The notes under the pieces are model-generated. The model saw only the letters and a program-made list of their open reading frames with translations, was not told the origin of the DNA and made no database searches. A stretch of DNA of 20,022 nucleotides. Source: Myxococcota bacterium. Its GTDB lineage: Bacteria > Myxococcota > SpSt-1050. The stretch spans positions 1 through 20,022 of the forward strand of contig JBMFOP010000059.1 in assembly GCA_049969675.1 (NCBI GenBank), written 5' to 3'. Shown one piece after another: positions 1 through 8,378 of the stretch (within the stretch, counting starts at the first letter, position 1; each line of letters starts with the position of its first letter). The translations under genes were made by a program, and so were the position numbers.

Positions 1-161
1 TTCTTTAATATTCCACCTGAATTTGGAAAACTCCAATATCTCCCTTCAGGATGCCAGCGATGCCCCTTGATACTTTTTATCTTTTCCACAAATTGAGGAT
101 TATATGGAAATGTAACTTTAATAAATCCATTTCCCTTTCCAACCTGAATCATTCTATTCAT
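1..161 (-). CDS. Partial (N-terminal 53 codons, runs off left edge) HARP-like-domain protein; most likely a site-specific tyrosine recombinase/integron-like integrase, alternatively an SNF2-type helicase
   Basis: Not in the ORF track. Manual translation from ATG at 161 gives MNRMIQVGKGNGFIKVTFPYNPQFVEKIKSIKGHRWHPEGRYWSFPNSGGILK with no stop. The FPYxPxxVxxIKxIxGxRWxPxxxxWxFP pattern is HARP-like. No catalytic domain is visible in the window. Confidence 0.6.
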   Translation of the reverse strand, partial: MNRMIQVGKGNGFIKVTFPYNPQFVEKIKSIKGHRWHPEGRYWSFPNSGGILK

Positions 162-172
162 AGTATGTCCGT

Positions 173-201
173 TATATATTCCTTTATCTTCAAAAAGTCA
201 A
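173..201 (-). promoter_or_regulatory. Putative sigma70 promoter for the left-edge gene
   Basis: Minus strand reads TTGACT-N17-TATATA, ending 11 nt before the ATG at 161. Confidence 0.35.
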
Positions 202-409
202 GAAAAAATCGTTAGAGGAGTACTTTAGATGTTCTGTCTGAAGTAGGTAAAGGAGGTGATAATATCACTGCTGTCCAGAATAATCTGAGTGGAGAAGTTA
301 ATTATTTGTAAAATACGGATTCTGGACGCGTAAATCTATATTTTCAAAATCAGGTTGTCCCTTTTCTCCATTATCAATTAAAATGATGTCCAACTTTAAA
401 TATCTTTTA

Positions 410-437
410 GTAAGGGCTAATAATCATTAGCCCCTAC
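410..437. repeat. GTAG-type REP-like palindrome
   Basis: GTAAGGGCTAAT-AATC-ATTAGCCCCTAC: 12-bp stem with one mismatch (a G-T pair on the minus strand, which reads GTAGGGGCTAAT...). The GTAGGGGC...GCCCCTAC form is typical of REPs associated with IS200-like/RAYT HUH transposases. Confidence 0.6.
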
Positions 438-934
438 AATTGCTACATCTGGCACATCTGGTGGGGTCTTTAGGGATTTATTCATTCCAAAAAATTCTTG
501 TATGCTAAACTCCGTTTGAAATTTATTGCTACTAATTGCACTCAACAACTAAAATAACTTTGCTCAACCATCAGCCTTCGTCTTGCTTACCGCCTTATAA
601 AACATATTCATAAGCAATATTTGTAGAATTTATTAAAAACATACGCCGATTCATTTTCATATAAATCCTTCTCTTCAAAACTCAATATCTAAGAGGACTA
701 AAATTAAAATTCATTTTAGATAGAGGTGAAATTCAATACCTGAGACATTGAGAATAGAAAATGGGGCACTCTGAGAGCAGATGAATCAGTGGAGATATCA
801 ATCTACATAATAAGAGATAGTCTAAAATGGTGAAAATGGAAGGAGGGAGTAAAAAATGTCAGAGGAGCAGTTATATCAAATGTTTGTTCTCACATTCAAT
901 CAAACTCAGACACAAACTTCCAGACAACTCTCCA

Positions 935-1636
935 TTATTCTGTATTCTCTTCTTCCTCAGTCTCGCACCCTGTCCCAGTATCAATAAATGTAAAATCTGC
1001 ATAATCTGCTACAACTTCCTTCTTGGTCCCATCTCCATCTGAAAGTATCCCGATTCCCATCAACTGAGGAACCTCCTCTTTTTCAAAGTACCTCTTAAAA
1101 TCATTATAAAAATCTATCTCTTCCTCAAGCCACTTCCCCACTTCGTTGAATCTGTCCTCAAGCACAACTATATGAAGTTTATTTATAAAATTTGAATCAT
1201 CAGACCTGAAGTTAAACCCCTTCTTATGTGCTACACTGAATATGTATTTGATTACATACTTCTTTAATCCATCCTTAAAGAAGAGATATACAGATGCCGC
1301 TGCATCCATTCTGCCCTCAACTGTCTCATCTGCACCTTCGGGGAACTTATATACGCGCCACTTAAACTTTAGATGCTTATATCTCTTCGGTATCCGGGGG
1401 AGCTTGCGATAAAAGATTGTGGTCTTATACTCTGGCTTAAATTCCGCCCTCAAAAAGGTAATCCCATCCTCAATCAGTATTTTATAGTAGATATCCGGTC
1501 CGGAGTACTGCGGGAGCCTCTTCCACTCCAGATCAATAGGAACCTTGACATTTACCCTATGTCTTGATTCAGCGGCATTTATGACAGAAATAGAGAGTAA
1601 GAGGATGATAGATGAAAATAAAATCTTTTTACGCAT
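935..1636 (-). CDS. Exported DUF3047-family protein
   Basis: Signal peptide MRKKILFSSIILLLSISVINA. Family-like motifs: LKFKWRVxxxPEGADE, DAAASVYLFF, IKYIFS, GKWLEEEIDFYNDFKRYF, GIGILSDGDGT. Last gene of a tightly packed operon. Confidence 0.75.
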   Translation of the reverse strand: MRKKILFSSIILLLSISVINAAESRHRVNVKVPIDLEWKRLPQYSGPDIYYKILIEDGITFLRAEFKPEYKTTIFYRKLPRIPKRYKHLKFKWRVYKFPEGADETVEGRMDAAASVYLFFKDGLKKYVIKYIFSVAHKKGFNFRSDDSNFINKLHIVVLEDRFNEVGKWLEEEIDFYNDFKRYFEKEEVPQLMGIGILSDGDGTKKEVVADYADFTFIDTGTGCETEEEENTE

Positions 1637-1639
1637 AAT

Positions 1640-2482
1640 TTACTCCATAAAAAATTTGATTGAGCCTAAAAGTTGAAAATCGCCCTTCTCCTCAATAGCC
1701 AGTCTATAAGATATCTCCACTCCGGCAGCCTTTGAGAAGAGCCCTGTCCCAGCAGATATAAAATGGTTATTTTTCTGTGTCTGGTCATATTTATATCCAG
1801 CAGATAGAGAGAACATCCCGGACAGAAATAGATTTGCCCCGACAGACTGAGTAATCTTCCTCTCACCATTGCGATAGAATGAAAATACTGTATCCTCTGC
1901 CGCATAGAAGGAGCTCTCTGTCCCTATCATTGTACCAGCACCAGATTTAGTCGGGAGTTCATCTCTTCCTACATATATTAGATTCTGTCCATAAAGACTC
2001 ACCCTGAACCATTTATTAACGAGAAATAAAAAACCTGTATCAGCAGTCGCTGCATTTATAGCATTCTCCTTACTTGCAATATCAAGTCTGACATATTTTA
2101 CATCAAATCCCCATAAGAGCCTCGTTGCAAAAGGATATGAAAATCCGAGGTCCAGTCTATATCCCTTTTTATCAACTCCATAATCCTCTCCCCACATATA
2201 TGAGAATGCAAATTCTGCACCGAGAGGAAATGTTGTAGAGTCCAGTATTGATATTGTTGAAATATTAAAACCACCATCGTTCTTATATTGGTGTAATAGG
2301 TCAATATTGTATCTATTTGGATATAAAGAGATCCCTGCTGCATTTATAAAGAGGGCATCGTTTGTGCTTGCGACTGCTGAGAAGGCATCTGACATTGAGA
2401 ACGCCTTTGAGCCTGTTATCTGTTGGGCAGAGATGGAGTCTGAGATAAAAAAGACGAAGATGAAAATTATAAACCCTTTCAC
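1640..2482 (-). CDS. Outer-membrane beta-barrel protein, PorV/FadL-like superfamily
   Basis: Signal peptide, then the hatch-like N-terminal motif SKAFSMSDAFSAVASTNDALFINAAGI (cf. ARxxGMGxAxxAxxDxxAxxxNPAGL), followed by alternating amphipathic beta-strands. Its start overlaps the upstream stop (ATGA). Confidence 0.65.
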   Translation of the reverse strand: MKGFIIFIFVFFISDSISAQQITGSKAFSMSDAFSAVASTNDALFINAAGISLYPNRYNIDLLHQYKNDGGFNISTISILDSTTFPLGAEFAFSYMWGEDYGVDKKGYRLDLGFSYPFATRLLWGFDVKYVRLDIASKENAINAATADTGFLFLVNKWFRVSLYGQNLIYVGRDELPTKSGAGTMIGTESSFYAAEDTVFSFYRNGERKITQSVGANLFLSGMFSLSAGYKYDQTQKNNHFISAGTGLFSKAAGVEISYRLAIEEKGDFQLLGSIKFFME

Positions 2483-3759
2483 TTCTTATCTCCTTTCAGA
2501 GATGTTAGGGGAACCAAAGTCCCATTCTCTCTTACAAGTGGCACATTCTGCGGGAGATTTTCTGGGATATAAGATATGGTCTCATCAGGTCTCATAACCA
2601 TAGTAATGTTGTTGGGTATTGTTCTACCGGGCATAATCAGGACCTTCCCCGCCATACTACAGTTGTGTCCGACGCAGCTCCCGAGAAAAGGGGTACCCGA
2701 GGAGAATGTCTCACCTTTATGAGAGACCATAACCTCTCCCACAAACCTCGCATCCAGAAATGAACACCATTGATGAATAAATGTATTCCTGCCAATAACT
2801 GACATCTGAATCTTTACATTTGATACAGAGGAATCTGGATAGACAGTAGAGAAGATTATCGCTGTTGTATCTGCGATATAGGTGTTTTCTGAAATAGTAC
2901 AATTTAAGACGGTTGCACCATCTCCTATTACTGCATTCTCTCCAATAAATGAATTTCTAATCAGTGCACCTGCGCCTATCTTGGCCCCCCTGCCTATAAA
3001 AGACGCCTCAACATATGCCGAGCGATGAATCTCCGCCCCGTCTTCAACAATATTCATCTTCTTCAGGACATCGTTAGGACTCTTTGGCAGCCCTTCACTA
3101 AATGACCTCAAAACCATTGCAGCCGTTCCCGTTATATGGGTGTATATATATTCCAGCCAGAATATCCCATAGGCAAGGTGATTGAGTCTTAATATATGAA
3201 TCCAGTGATTGATATGCGCCGCCACCGAGGAGGTAATCGGGAATCTGAATATATACTGCCTCTCTTTAATTGATGGGAGCCTCATATCCATTGTTATCTC
3301 TCTCGTCTTTGTAATATGACGCCATGCCATACTCTTTAAGATGGTCTCAATCTCTTCAATCTTTAATCCATTCAGTTTGGAGCAGTCTGGATGAAAAAAG
3401 CAGGAGTAAAATATCCCCTCACCACCATCTTCAAGTCTATTTACCTCCACATCCATAATCGGGAGATTATATGAAGAACTCACCGTCCTTCTCACCCCAA
3501 GCATACTTACCCTGCTTCTATCTATCCCTTTCAGGAAATCGTTTAAGAGCTTCTTTGTAACAAATACCCTATCGCAGATAATTATACCCTCTCCTCTATC
3601 AAATCCGGAGGATGATTCTAAAATGACCGGTTTATGCCCGAGGGATTTTATCATATTTACCATATATCCCAGCAATGTCATATTCCCAAAAGGAGATAAG
3701 AGTGGCTCATCTCCAAATGGCTCAACTCTGCTATTGCTCTTCAACAGATATATATTCAT
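2479..3759 (-). CDS. Hexapeptide-repeat (left-handed beta-helix) protein with a degenerate sugar-nucleotidyltransferase-like N-terminus (GlmU-like architecture), paralog B
   Basis: C-terminal half has hexapeptide repeats (IGRGAKIGAGALIRNSFIGENAVIGDGATV; FLGSCVGHNC). The N-terminus RVEPFGDEPLLSPFGNMTLLGYMV resembles the RxxPLTxxxPKxLxxVxxxxLLxY segment but has no GxGTR loop. Confidence 0.7.
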   Translation of the reverse strand: MNIYLLKSNSRVEPFGDEPLLSPFGNMTLLGYMVNMIKSLGHKPVILESSSGFDRGEGIIICDRVFVTKKLLNDFLKGIDRSRVSMLGVRRTVSSSYNLPIMDVEVNRLEDGGEGIFYSCFFHPDCSKLNGLKIEEIETILKSMAWRHITKTREITMDMRLPSIKERQYIFRFPITSSVAAHINHWIHILRLNHLAYGIFWLEYIYTHITGTAAMVLRSFSEGLPKSPNDVLKKMNIVEDGAEIHRSAYVEASFIGRGAKIGAGALIRNSFIGENAVIGDGATVLNCTISENTYIADTTAIIFSTVYPDSSVSNVKIQMSVIGRNTFIHQWCSFLDARFVGEVMVSHKGETFSSGTPFLGSCVGHNCSMAGKVLIMPGRTIPNNITMVMRPDETISYIPENLPQNVPLVRENGTLVPLTSLKGDKK

Positions 3760-3773
3760 CTAAAAAACTCCGT

Positions 3774-5051
3774 TTAGATAAAGTCATTCTTATCAAAACC
3801 AGTAAAAATTTCATCAAATCTCTTTATTGTAGCATTATCCCAGATATAATATTCTCCTTCTATGAGATGTGGAATCTTCATTACACCCTCTTCAGGTCTT
3901 AAGACTATTATAGTCTCAGATGGGATCTCCATCCCCGGGCTTACTATCGCCCTTGTCCCGAGCACAGAGAGTTCACCGGATGCAGAGCCAAGAAAATATC
4001 TGTTTGTCTCAAGCTCCTCACCACCCTTCTTTATCTTGATAGTAGAGTCTATCCCCTCATATAAAAATATTACAGCGGTTGTCAAAAATGAACCCTCACC
4101 GAGCATTGAATAACAGAACCCGAGATTTGAGACAGTAGAGCCCGGAGAGATTACAGAGCACCTGAATAATGAATTTGAGAGCGAAACAACGCGCTCACCA
4201 AAGAGTGAATACCTGATTATATTGCTGTCCCCAATATTGCAATCCTTCATTATAACAGAATCTCTTATCACCACCCTTGCCCCAATCTTTACATTGTCCG
4301 CTATCAAAGAGTTTTCCACAACGGCTGTGGGATGCAACCATACATTACTACCGATAATGCTATTTTTGATATTCCCTTCATTTAGAAACTTAAACCCCCT
4401 CAAAAATCCGAATGAAAACTCACCCGATAAGATTCGCTCTCTAAATGTATTCAGATATAGTACATTCATCAGGAGTGAGTGGAACCAGAATCTCTGGTGA
4501 CCTACAATCTCATCAGTTATCGGAAATTCCTCAAAGAATACAGAGCCCCTGACATTTGACATCCTTTCAAGCCTTATCCCAAAATTCTGACTGACTTTTA
4601 TATTTATTGAATCGGCGCCTAACCTCTTCATCTGAACATCAATAGATTCAGCACCTTCCATTACAAACCCCTTCGGCAAATAGAATATATCAAATGAAAG
4701 CAATGAATCTTGAGCCGAATCAATGACATCAATATCCATTAGAGATGTGTAATAATCTGTCAGTTTTGACTTAATAACAGAGAGTCTTTGTAATCTATTG
4801 GGGGAGTTCTTACATAGGAATAGAAACTTCCTAATCAGTGGAGATGTGACAAATACATAGTCCGGGATGAGCAGCGATGGTTCACTCTTATCTATTTCAC
4901 TTATAGAACTGACATCCCTTATCTGCAATCTGGCAAGAGAGAGCTCCTCTTTCAATAGAGACGAGAAGTTTACAAATGGGGAATATACCCTCGCCGCTGT
5001 CCTATTAAATGGAGTAATTCTCCTCTTTGTCTTAAGAATATATGCCTTCAT
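3774..5051 (-). CDS. Hexapeptide-repeat (left-handed beta-helix) protein with a degenerate nucleotidyltransferase-like N-terminus, paralog A
   Basis: Repeats IIGSNVWLHPTAVVENSLIADNVKIGARVVIRDSVI. Same length (425 vs 426 aa) and the same conserved blocks as 2479..3759. Confidence 0.7.
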   Translation of the reverse strand: MKAYILKTKRRITPFNRTAARVYSPFVNFSSLLKEELSLARLQIRDVSSISEIDKSEPSLLIPDYVFVTSPLIRKFLFLCKNSPNRLQRLSVIKSKLTDYYTSLMDIDVIDSAQDSLLSFDIFYLPKGFVMEGAESIDVQMKRLGADSINIKVSQNFGIRLERMSNVRGSVFFEEFPITDEIVGHQRFWFHSLLMNVLYLNTFRERILSGEFSFGFLRGFKFLNEGNIKNSIIGSNVWLHPTAVVENSLIADNVKIGARVVIRDSVIMKDCNIGDSNIIRYSLFGERVVSLSNSLFRCSVISPGSTVSNLGFCYSMLGEGSFLTTAVIFLYEGIDSTIKIKKGGEELETNRYFLGSASGELSVLGTRAIVSPGMEIPSETIIVLRPEEGVMKIPHLIEGEYYIWDNATIKRFDEIFTGFDKNDFI

Positions 5052-5258
5052 AACAATCTGAACTTTATAATATCAGATGACAAATATCAAGGGCATTTAA
5101 GAGAAAATTAAATTTTATATTATGTAAAGGGTTGCCTGCTGAATATTCGTAACTCAGGTGGTGAGGATTAAACGATATTTGTCAAAACAGATAGAAGATG
5201 ATTATTCAGATGGTTCATTTGCTACAGACATTCACTTTTGTGGCACAACATATTTTAC

Positions 5259-5289
5259 TTGACAATATACATCAGGAGTCGCATATTAT
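5259..5289 (+). promoter_or_regulatory. Putative sigma70 promoter of the hybrid kinase gene
   Basis: Perfect TTGACA at 5259-5264, then CATATT at 17-nt spacing (or TATTAT at 19 nt). GGAGG follows at 5326-5330. Confidence 0.45.
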
Positions 5290-5336
5290 ATCTGAAAGGG
5301 CGGATTTGATTATTTCTTTTTATACGGAGGTTTTCT

Positions 5337-7232
5337 ATTATAAAGGAGCTATCATCCAATCTCTGTGATATATTCTTTGAGTCAACAGGCGACCTGATGC
5401 TACATCTGGATGCAGATGGGACCATTCTAAACTGCAATGGTGCGTTCTGCAGGACATTCGGATTTAAAAAGGAGGAGGTAATAGGTAAGAAGTGTTATTC
5501 AGTTGTACACAAGACAGAATTTTACATTGAAGAGTGTCCTCTCAAAAGGTCAAAAGTGAGCAGGCAGAGAGAGGAGATGGAGATGAAGATTGGGGATAGG
5601 TTCTTCAGGGTGACCACTGAGCCGATCTTTAATAAAGATGGAGAGATTAGCGGCTTTGCACATATTGCAACCGATATCACCAGCTATAAGAGTCTCATTA
5701 ATAGACTTGAAGAGAGCGAATTCAGATTCAAAGAGTTATTCAACAACTCAAAAGATGGTCAGTTGATTATGACAGATATCTTCATTGATGCAAATGAGCG
5801 AATGGCTGAGATATTCAAATGTAAAATATCGGACATAATCAATAAGAGGCCATCTGATTTCTCCCCCTTATTTCAGCCTGATGGGAGCAGATCCTACGAG
5901 AAGAGTAATACTCTAATCAATATGGCATTATCTGGTGTAGAACAGGAGTTTTACTGGCAGCATATTGATATCAACGGCAATCCCATTGATACAATAGTCC
6001 ATCTGAAGAAGATTAAAATAAAAGAAAAGGATCTTCTCCTTGCAACAGTACGGGATATATCGGAGCAGCTCTTTTACGAGAAGATAAAGAGGATGCTTAA
6101 TGAGAAGATAAATCTACTTCAGAAGGCTGAATCATATCAAAATGTGATTCCCGGAATCGTGCACGACCTGAATAACTCACTTATGGCAGCCAGTGGTACT
6201 CTGGATTTGATAACAGATAGGACACTTCTGGAAAAAGATATATTCAGGCAACTAAAGAGTTCAATAGAGAAGGCATATAGATTCTCTGAATCACTAATCA
6301 ATATCGTAACCGGAAGAGGTGAGGAGGCGTTATCCGTTGAGATCAACTCCTTAATCCTGGACATGGTCAAATGGGTTCATCCGAGGCAGAGGCACAATAT
6401 CAAAATTACATTTCAGAGTGAAAGAGATAAGATATTTATCCTCGGATTTGAACTGAAATTGCAACAGATTGTAATGAACCTCCTGATAAATTCCATTGAG
6501 GCAATCGGGAATAGAGATGGGGAGATAAAAGTTTCAACAGGGTATAAATTTTATTCAAAAGATGAACTCAGGAAGAATCTGACTCAAACAGAGCTCTTAG
6601 AAGGGGAATTCATATTTATAAGAGTGGAGGACAATGGCTGTGGGATGAGTGAGGAGACATTAAAGAAGATGTTTGAACCATTCTTTACCACCAAATCTTA
6701 CGGTAAAGGGCTCGGTATGCTCTCAATCAAGAATGCCGTTGAGGCACACAGAGGCGGCATCCTTGTCCATTCTATTGAGCAGAGAGGGACGACATTTGAA
6801 ATAATCCTCCCACAAAGAGATAAAACAAATTATAGAGTTGAGTCACCAGAAGTAGAGGAAACTTTTGAGAGAGATAACAAATTGATAGTAATAATTGACA
6901 GTGATGAACTTGTACGAATCACTGCAAATAGACTCATTACCTCTCTCTCATTAAATGCAATAACCACATCCAATAATAAAGAGGCTATAGACTTTATTCA
7001 GAAGAATAGTAATAATGTATTTGCCGTGATAATTGATATAGAACTTGCAAAAGAGAATGACTCGGCAATTATAAATGAGATTACTGAAATAAATGATAAA
7101 ATTAAGATTATCCTCTCAAGCGGATATTATGATAGTCTATTCTTTTCAAAGTTAGCACATAAGAAAAATATAAGTTTTATTCCCAAACCCTACAACATAA
7201 CCGAACTTAAAAAACTCCTCTTTGAGAAGTAA
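5337..7232 (+). CDS. Cytoplasmic hybrid sensor histidine kinase (PAS-PAS-HisKA-HATPase_c-REC); start uncertain (ATT 5337, ATA 5340 or ATG 5397)
   Basis: H-box GIVHDLNN, N-box QIVMNLLINSIEA, G1 VEDNGCGM, F/G2 FEPFFTTKSYGKGLG, two PAS domains, and a C-terminal receiver (IIDSDE, VIID, ILSSGY, FIPKPY). The frame is open from 5310. Confidence 0.9.
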   Translation: MIKELSSNLCDIFFESTGDLMLHLDADGTILNCNGAFCRTFGFKKEEVIGKKCYSVVHKTEFYIEECPLKRSKVSRQREEMEMKIGDRFFRVTTEPIFNKDGEISGFAHIATDITSYKSLINRLEESEFRFKELFNNSKDGQLIMTDIFIDANERMAEIFKCKISDIINKRPSDFSPLFQPDGSRSYEKSNTLINMALSGVEQEFYWQHIDINGNPIDTIVHLKKIKIKEKDLLLATVRDISEQLFYEKIKRMLNEKINLLQKAESYQNVIPGIVHDLNNSLMAASGTLDLITDRTLLEKDIFRQLKSSIEKAYRFSESLINIVTGRGEEALSVEINSLILDMVKWVHPRQRHNIKITFQSERDKIFILGFELKLQQIVMNLLINSIEAIGNRDGEIKVSTGYKFYSKDELRKNLTQTELLEGEFIFIRVEDNGCGMSEETLKKMFEPFFTTKSYGKGLGMLSIKNAVEAHRGGILVHSIEQRGTTFEIILPQRDKTNYRVESPEVEETFERDNKLIVIIDSDELVRITANRLITSLSLNAITTSNNKEAIDFIQKNSNNVFAVIIDIELAKENDSAIINEITEINDKIKIILSSGYYDSLFFSKLAHKKNISFIPKPYNITELKKLLFEK

Positions 7233-7237
7233 TGGAT

Positions 7238-7987
7238 TTAATTTTTAAGGGATTGATTCTTTATCTCTTCCCACTGAAGGCGACTCTGATTTGTAAGAGA
7301 TGTGATGGAGTCTCTGACCTCTTCTATCAACTGATTCATAGTCTCATAGGTATATCTTGAGGCGTCTATGGGCTTTCCAACATTTATTACCACATCATCC
7401 GGTCTTATAAACCAGCTCCCTTTGGGTAAGACCTTAATGGTGCCCCATATCCCAATTGGGATAATCTTTGCCCTTGATTGAATTGCCAGATGAAATCCAC
7501 CCTTTTTGAATTGTCCGATGCACCCATCTTTTGAGCGTGTCCCCTCTGGAAAGATTACAATTGACCTCTTCTCTTCTACAAACTGCCTTGCCGCCTCCTC
7601 AATCGCCTTAAACGCCTCTTCCCTCTTCTTTCTGTCAATAAATACAAAACCGGTCAACCACATCACCCAGCCCAAAAATGGAATCTTTCTCAACTCCTTC
7701 TTCGCAAGAAACATTGTAAATATCGGCAATGTGGTATATATCGTTGGTATATCATAATGGCTCTGATGATTTGACATAAAGAGGATTGGTGGAACAAATT
7801 CATCTCCATCACACAGGATAGTTCTTTTAACTCTTATACCGCACCAGTCTATGAGTATTGATGCCCATTTTAATGTGCACCAGATAAAGATGTCCCTGCT
7901 CCTGAATAGAACCACTCCCAGTATCGCAATGGTCCCCAAAATGCTGGTAGATAATATTACAATCAGGATGTTAATTATGCCTCTCAT
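7238..7987 (-). CDS. plsC: 1-acyl-sn-glycerol-3-phosphate acyltransferase
   Basis: Acyltransferase motifs NHQSHYD (HX4D), AKKEL, FIDR, FPEGTRS, FKKGGF, and an N-terminal TM helix. Confidence 0.9.
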   Translation of the reverse strand: MRGIINILIVILSTSILGTIAILGVVLFRSRDIFIWCTLKWASILIDWCGIRVKRTILCDGDEFVPPILFMSNHQSHYDIPTIYTTLPIFTMFLAKKELRKIPFLGWVMWLTGFVFIDRKKREEAFKAIEEAARQFVEEKRSIVIFPEGTRSKDGCIGQFKKGGFHLAIQSRAKIIPIGIWGTIKVLPKGSWFIRPDDVVINVGKPIDASRYTYETMNQLIEEVRDSITSLTNQSRLQWEEIKNQSLKN

Positions 7988-8378
7988 CTGTGAAACACCT
8001 GAAGGAAAAATATATTAATACAGTCCCTATTGCAAGAATTATCAATCGCTCTATTATAACCTTTGGTGCAAAGATAAAATAATTAAGACCTTCCACAAAG
8101 ATACCACTTATATATTCATAAACATAAAACTGCGGAATGATAAACAGGATTGCACGCCCGAGGTTCATATTGAAGAAGAAACGGATAGTTCCTATCAGAA
8201 CAAAATAGGATAAGAAATAGAAAAGGTCGTGAATGAAAAGTACCAAATATAAAGATATCTTTGAGTTGTAGATTAGATTAAAAAATACTGTTGTAAAGAT
8301 AGATGCGTCAAGGATAAAGAATAAAAATCCTAATCCAAAGTAGTATTTGAGCTCCTTTGCTGAAAAATCCTTAAACAA
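7971..8378 (-). CDS. Hypothetical integral membrane protein (about 4 TM helices)
   Basis: 135 aa, very hydrophobic. The TTG start directly follows the truA stop, and the 3' end overlaps plsC by 17 nt, so it fills the operon gap exactly. Confidence 0.7.
   Translation of the reverse strand: MFKDFSAKELKYYFGLGFLFFILDASIFTTVFFNLIYNSKISLYLVLFIHDLFYFLSYFVLIGTIRFFFNMNLGRAILFIIPQFYVYEYISGIFVEGLNYFIFAPKVIIERLIILAIGTVLIYFSFRCFTDERHN

Noticed and set aside
222..311. Frame reading ...GKGGDNITAV..., like a PP2C phosphatase C-terminus; also palindrome GTGATA-A-TATCAC at 256-268
   Set aside because: Too short, bounded by stops and without a start. The palindrome does not fully match an operator I can name.
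620..631. TTTGTAGAATTT as a third copy of the 150-bp repeat
   Set aside because: Only about 12 nt match in AT-rich DNA and the similarity does not extend, so it is compatible with chance.
827..1042. 71-aa plus-strand ORF, and a 43-aa ORF at 856-987 behind a GGAGG
   Set aside because: Both overlap the 3' end of the DUF3047 gene on the opposite strand and have no recognisable motif.
2479..5051. Calling either LbH protein glmU or glgC
   Set aside because: The GxGTR signature and other catalytic motifs are missing. Only the architecture is similar.
5158..5262. 34-codon ORF (VVRIKRYLSKQIEDD...) resembling the start of an AAA-family ATPase
   Set aside because: No Walker A motif follows. At most a short relic, and it overlaps the kinase -35 box.
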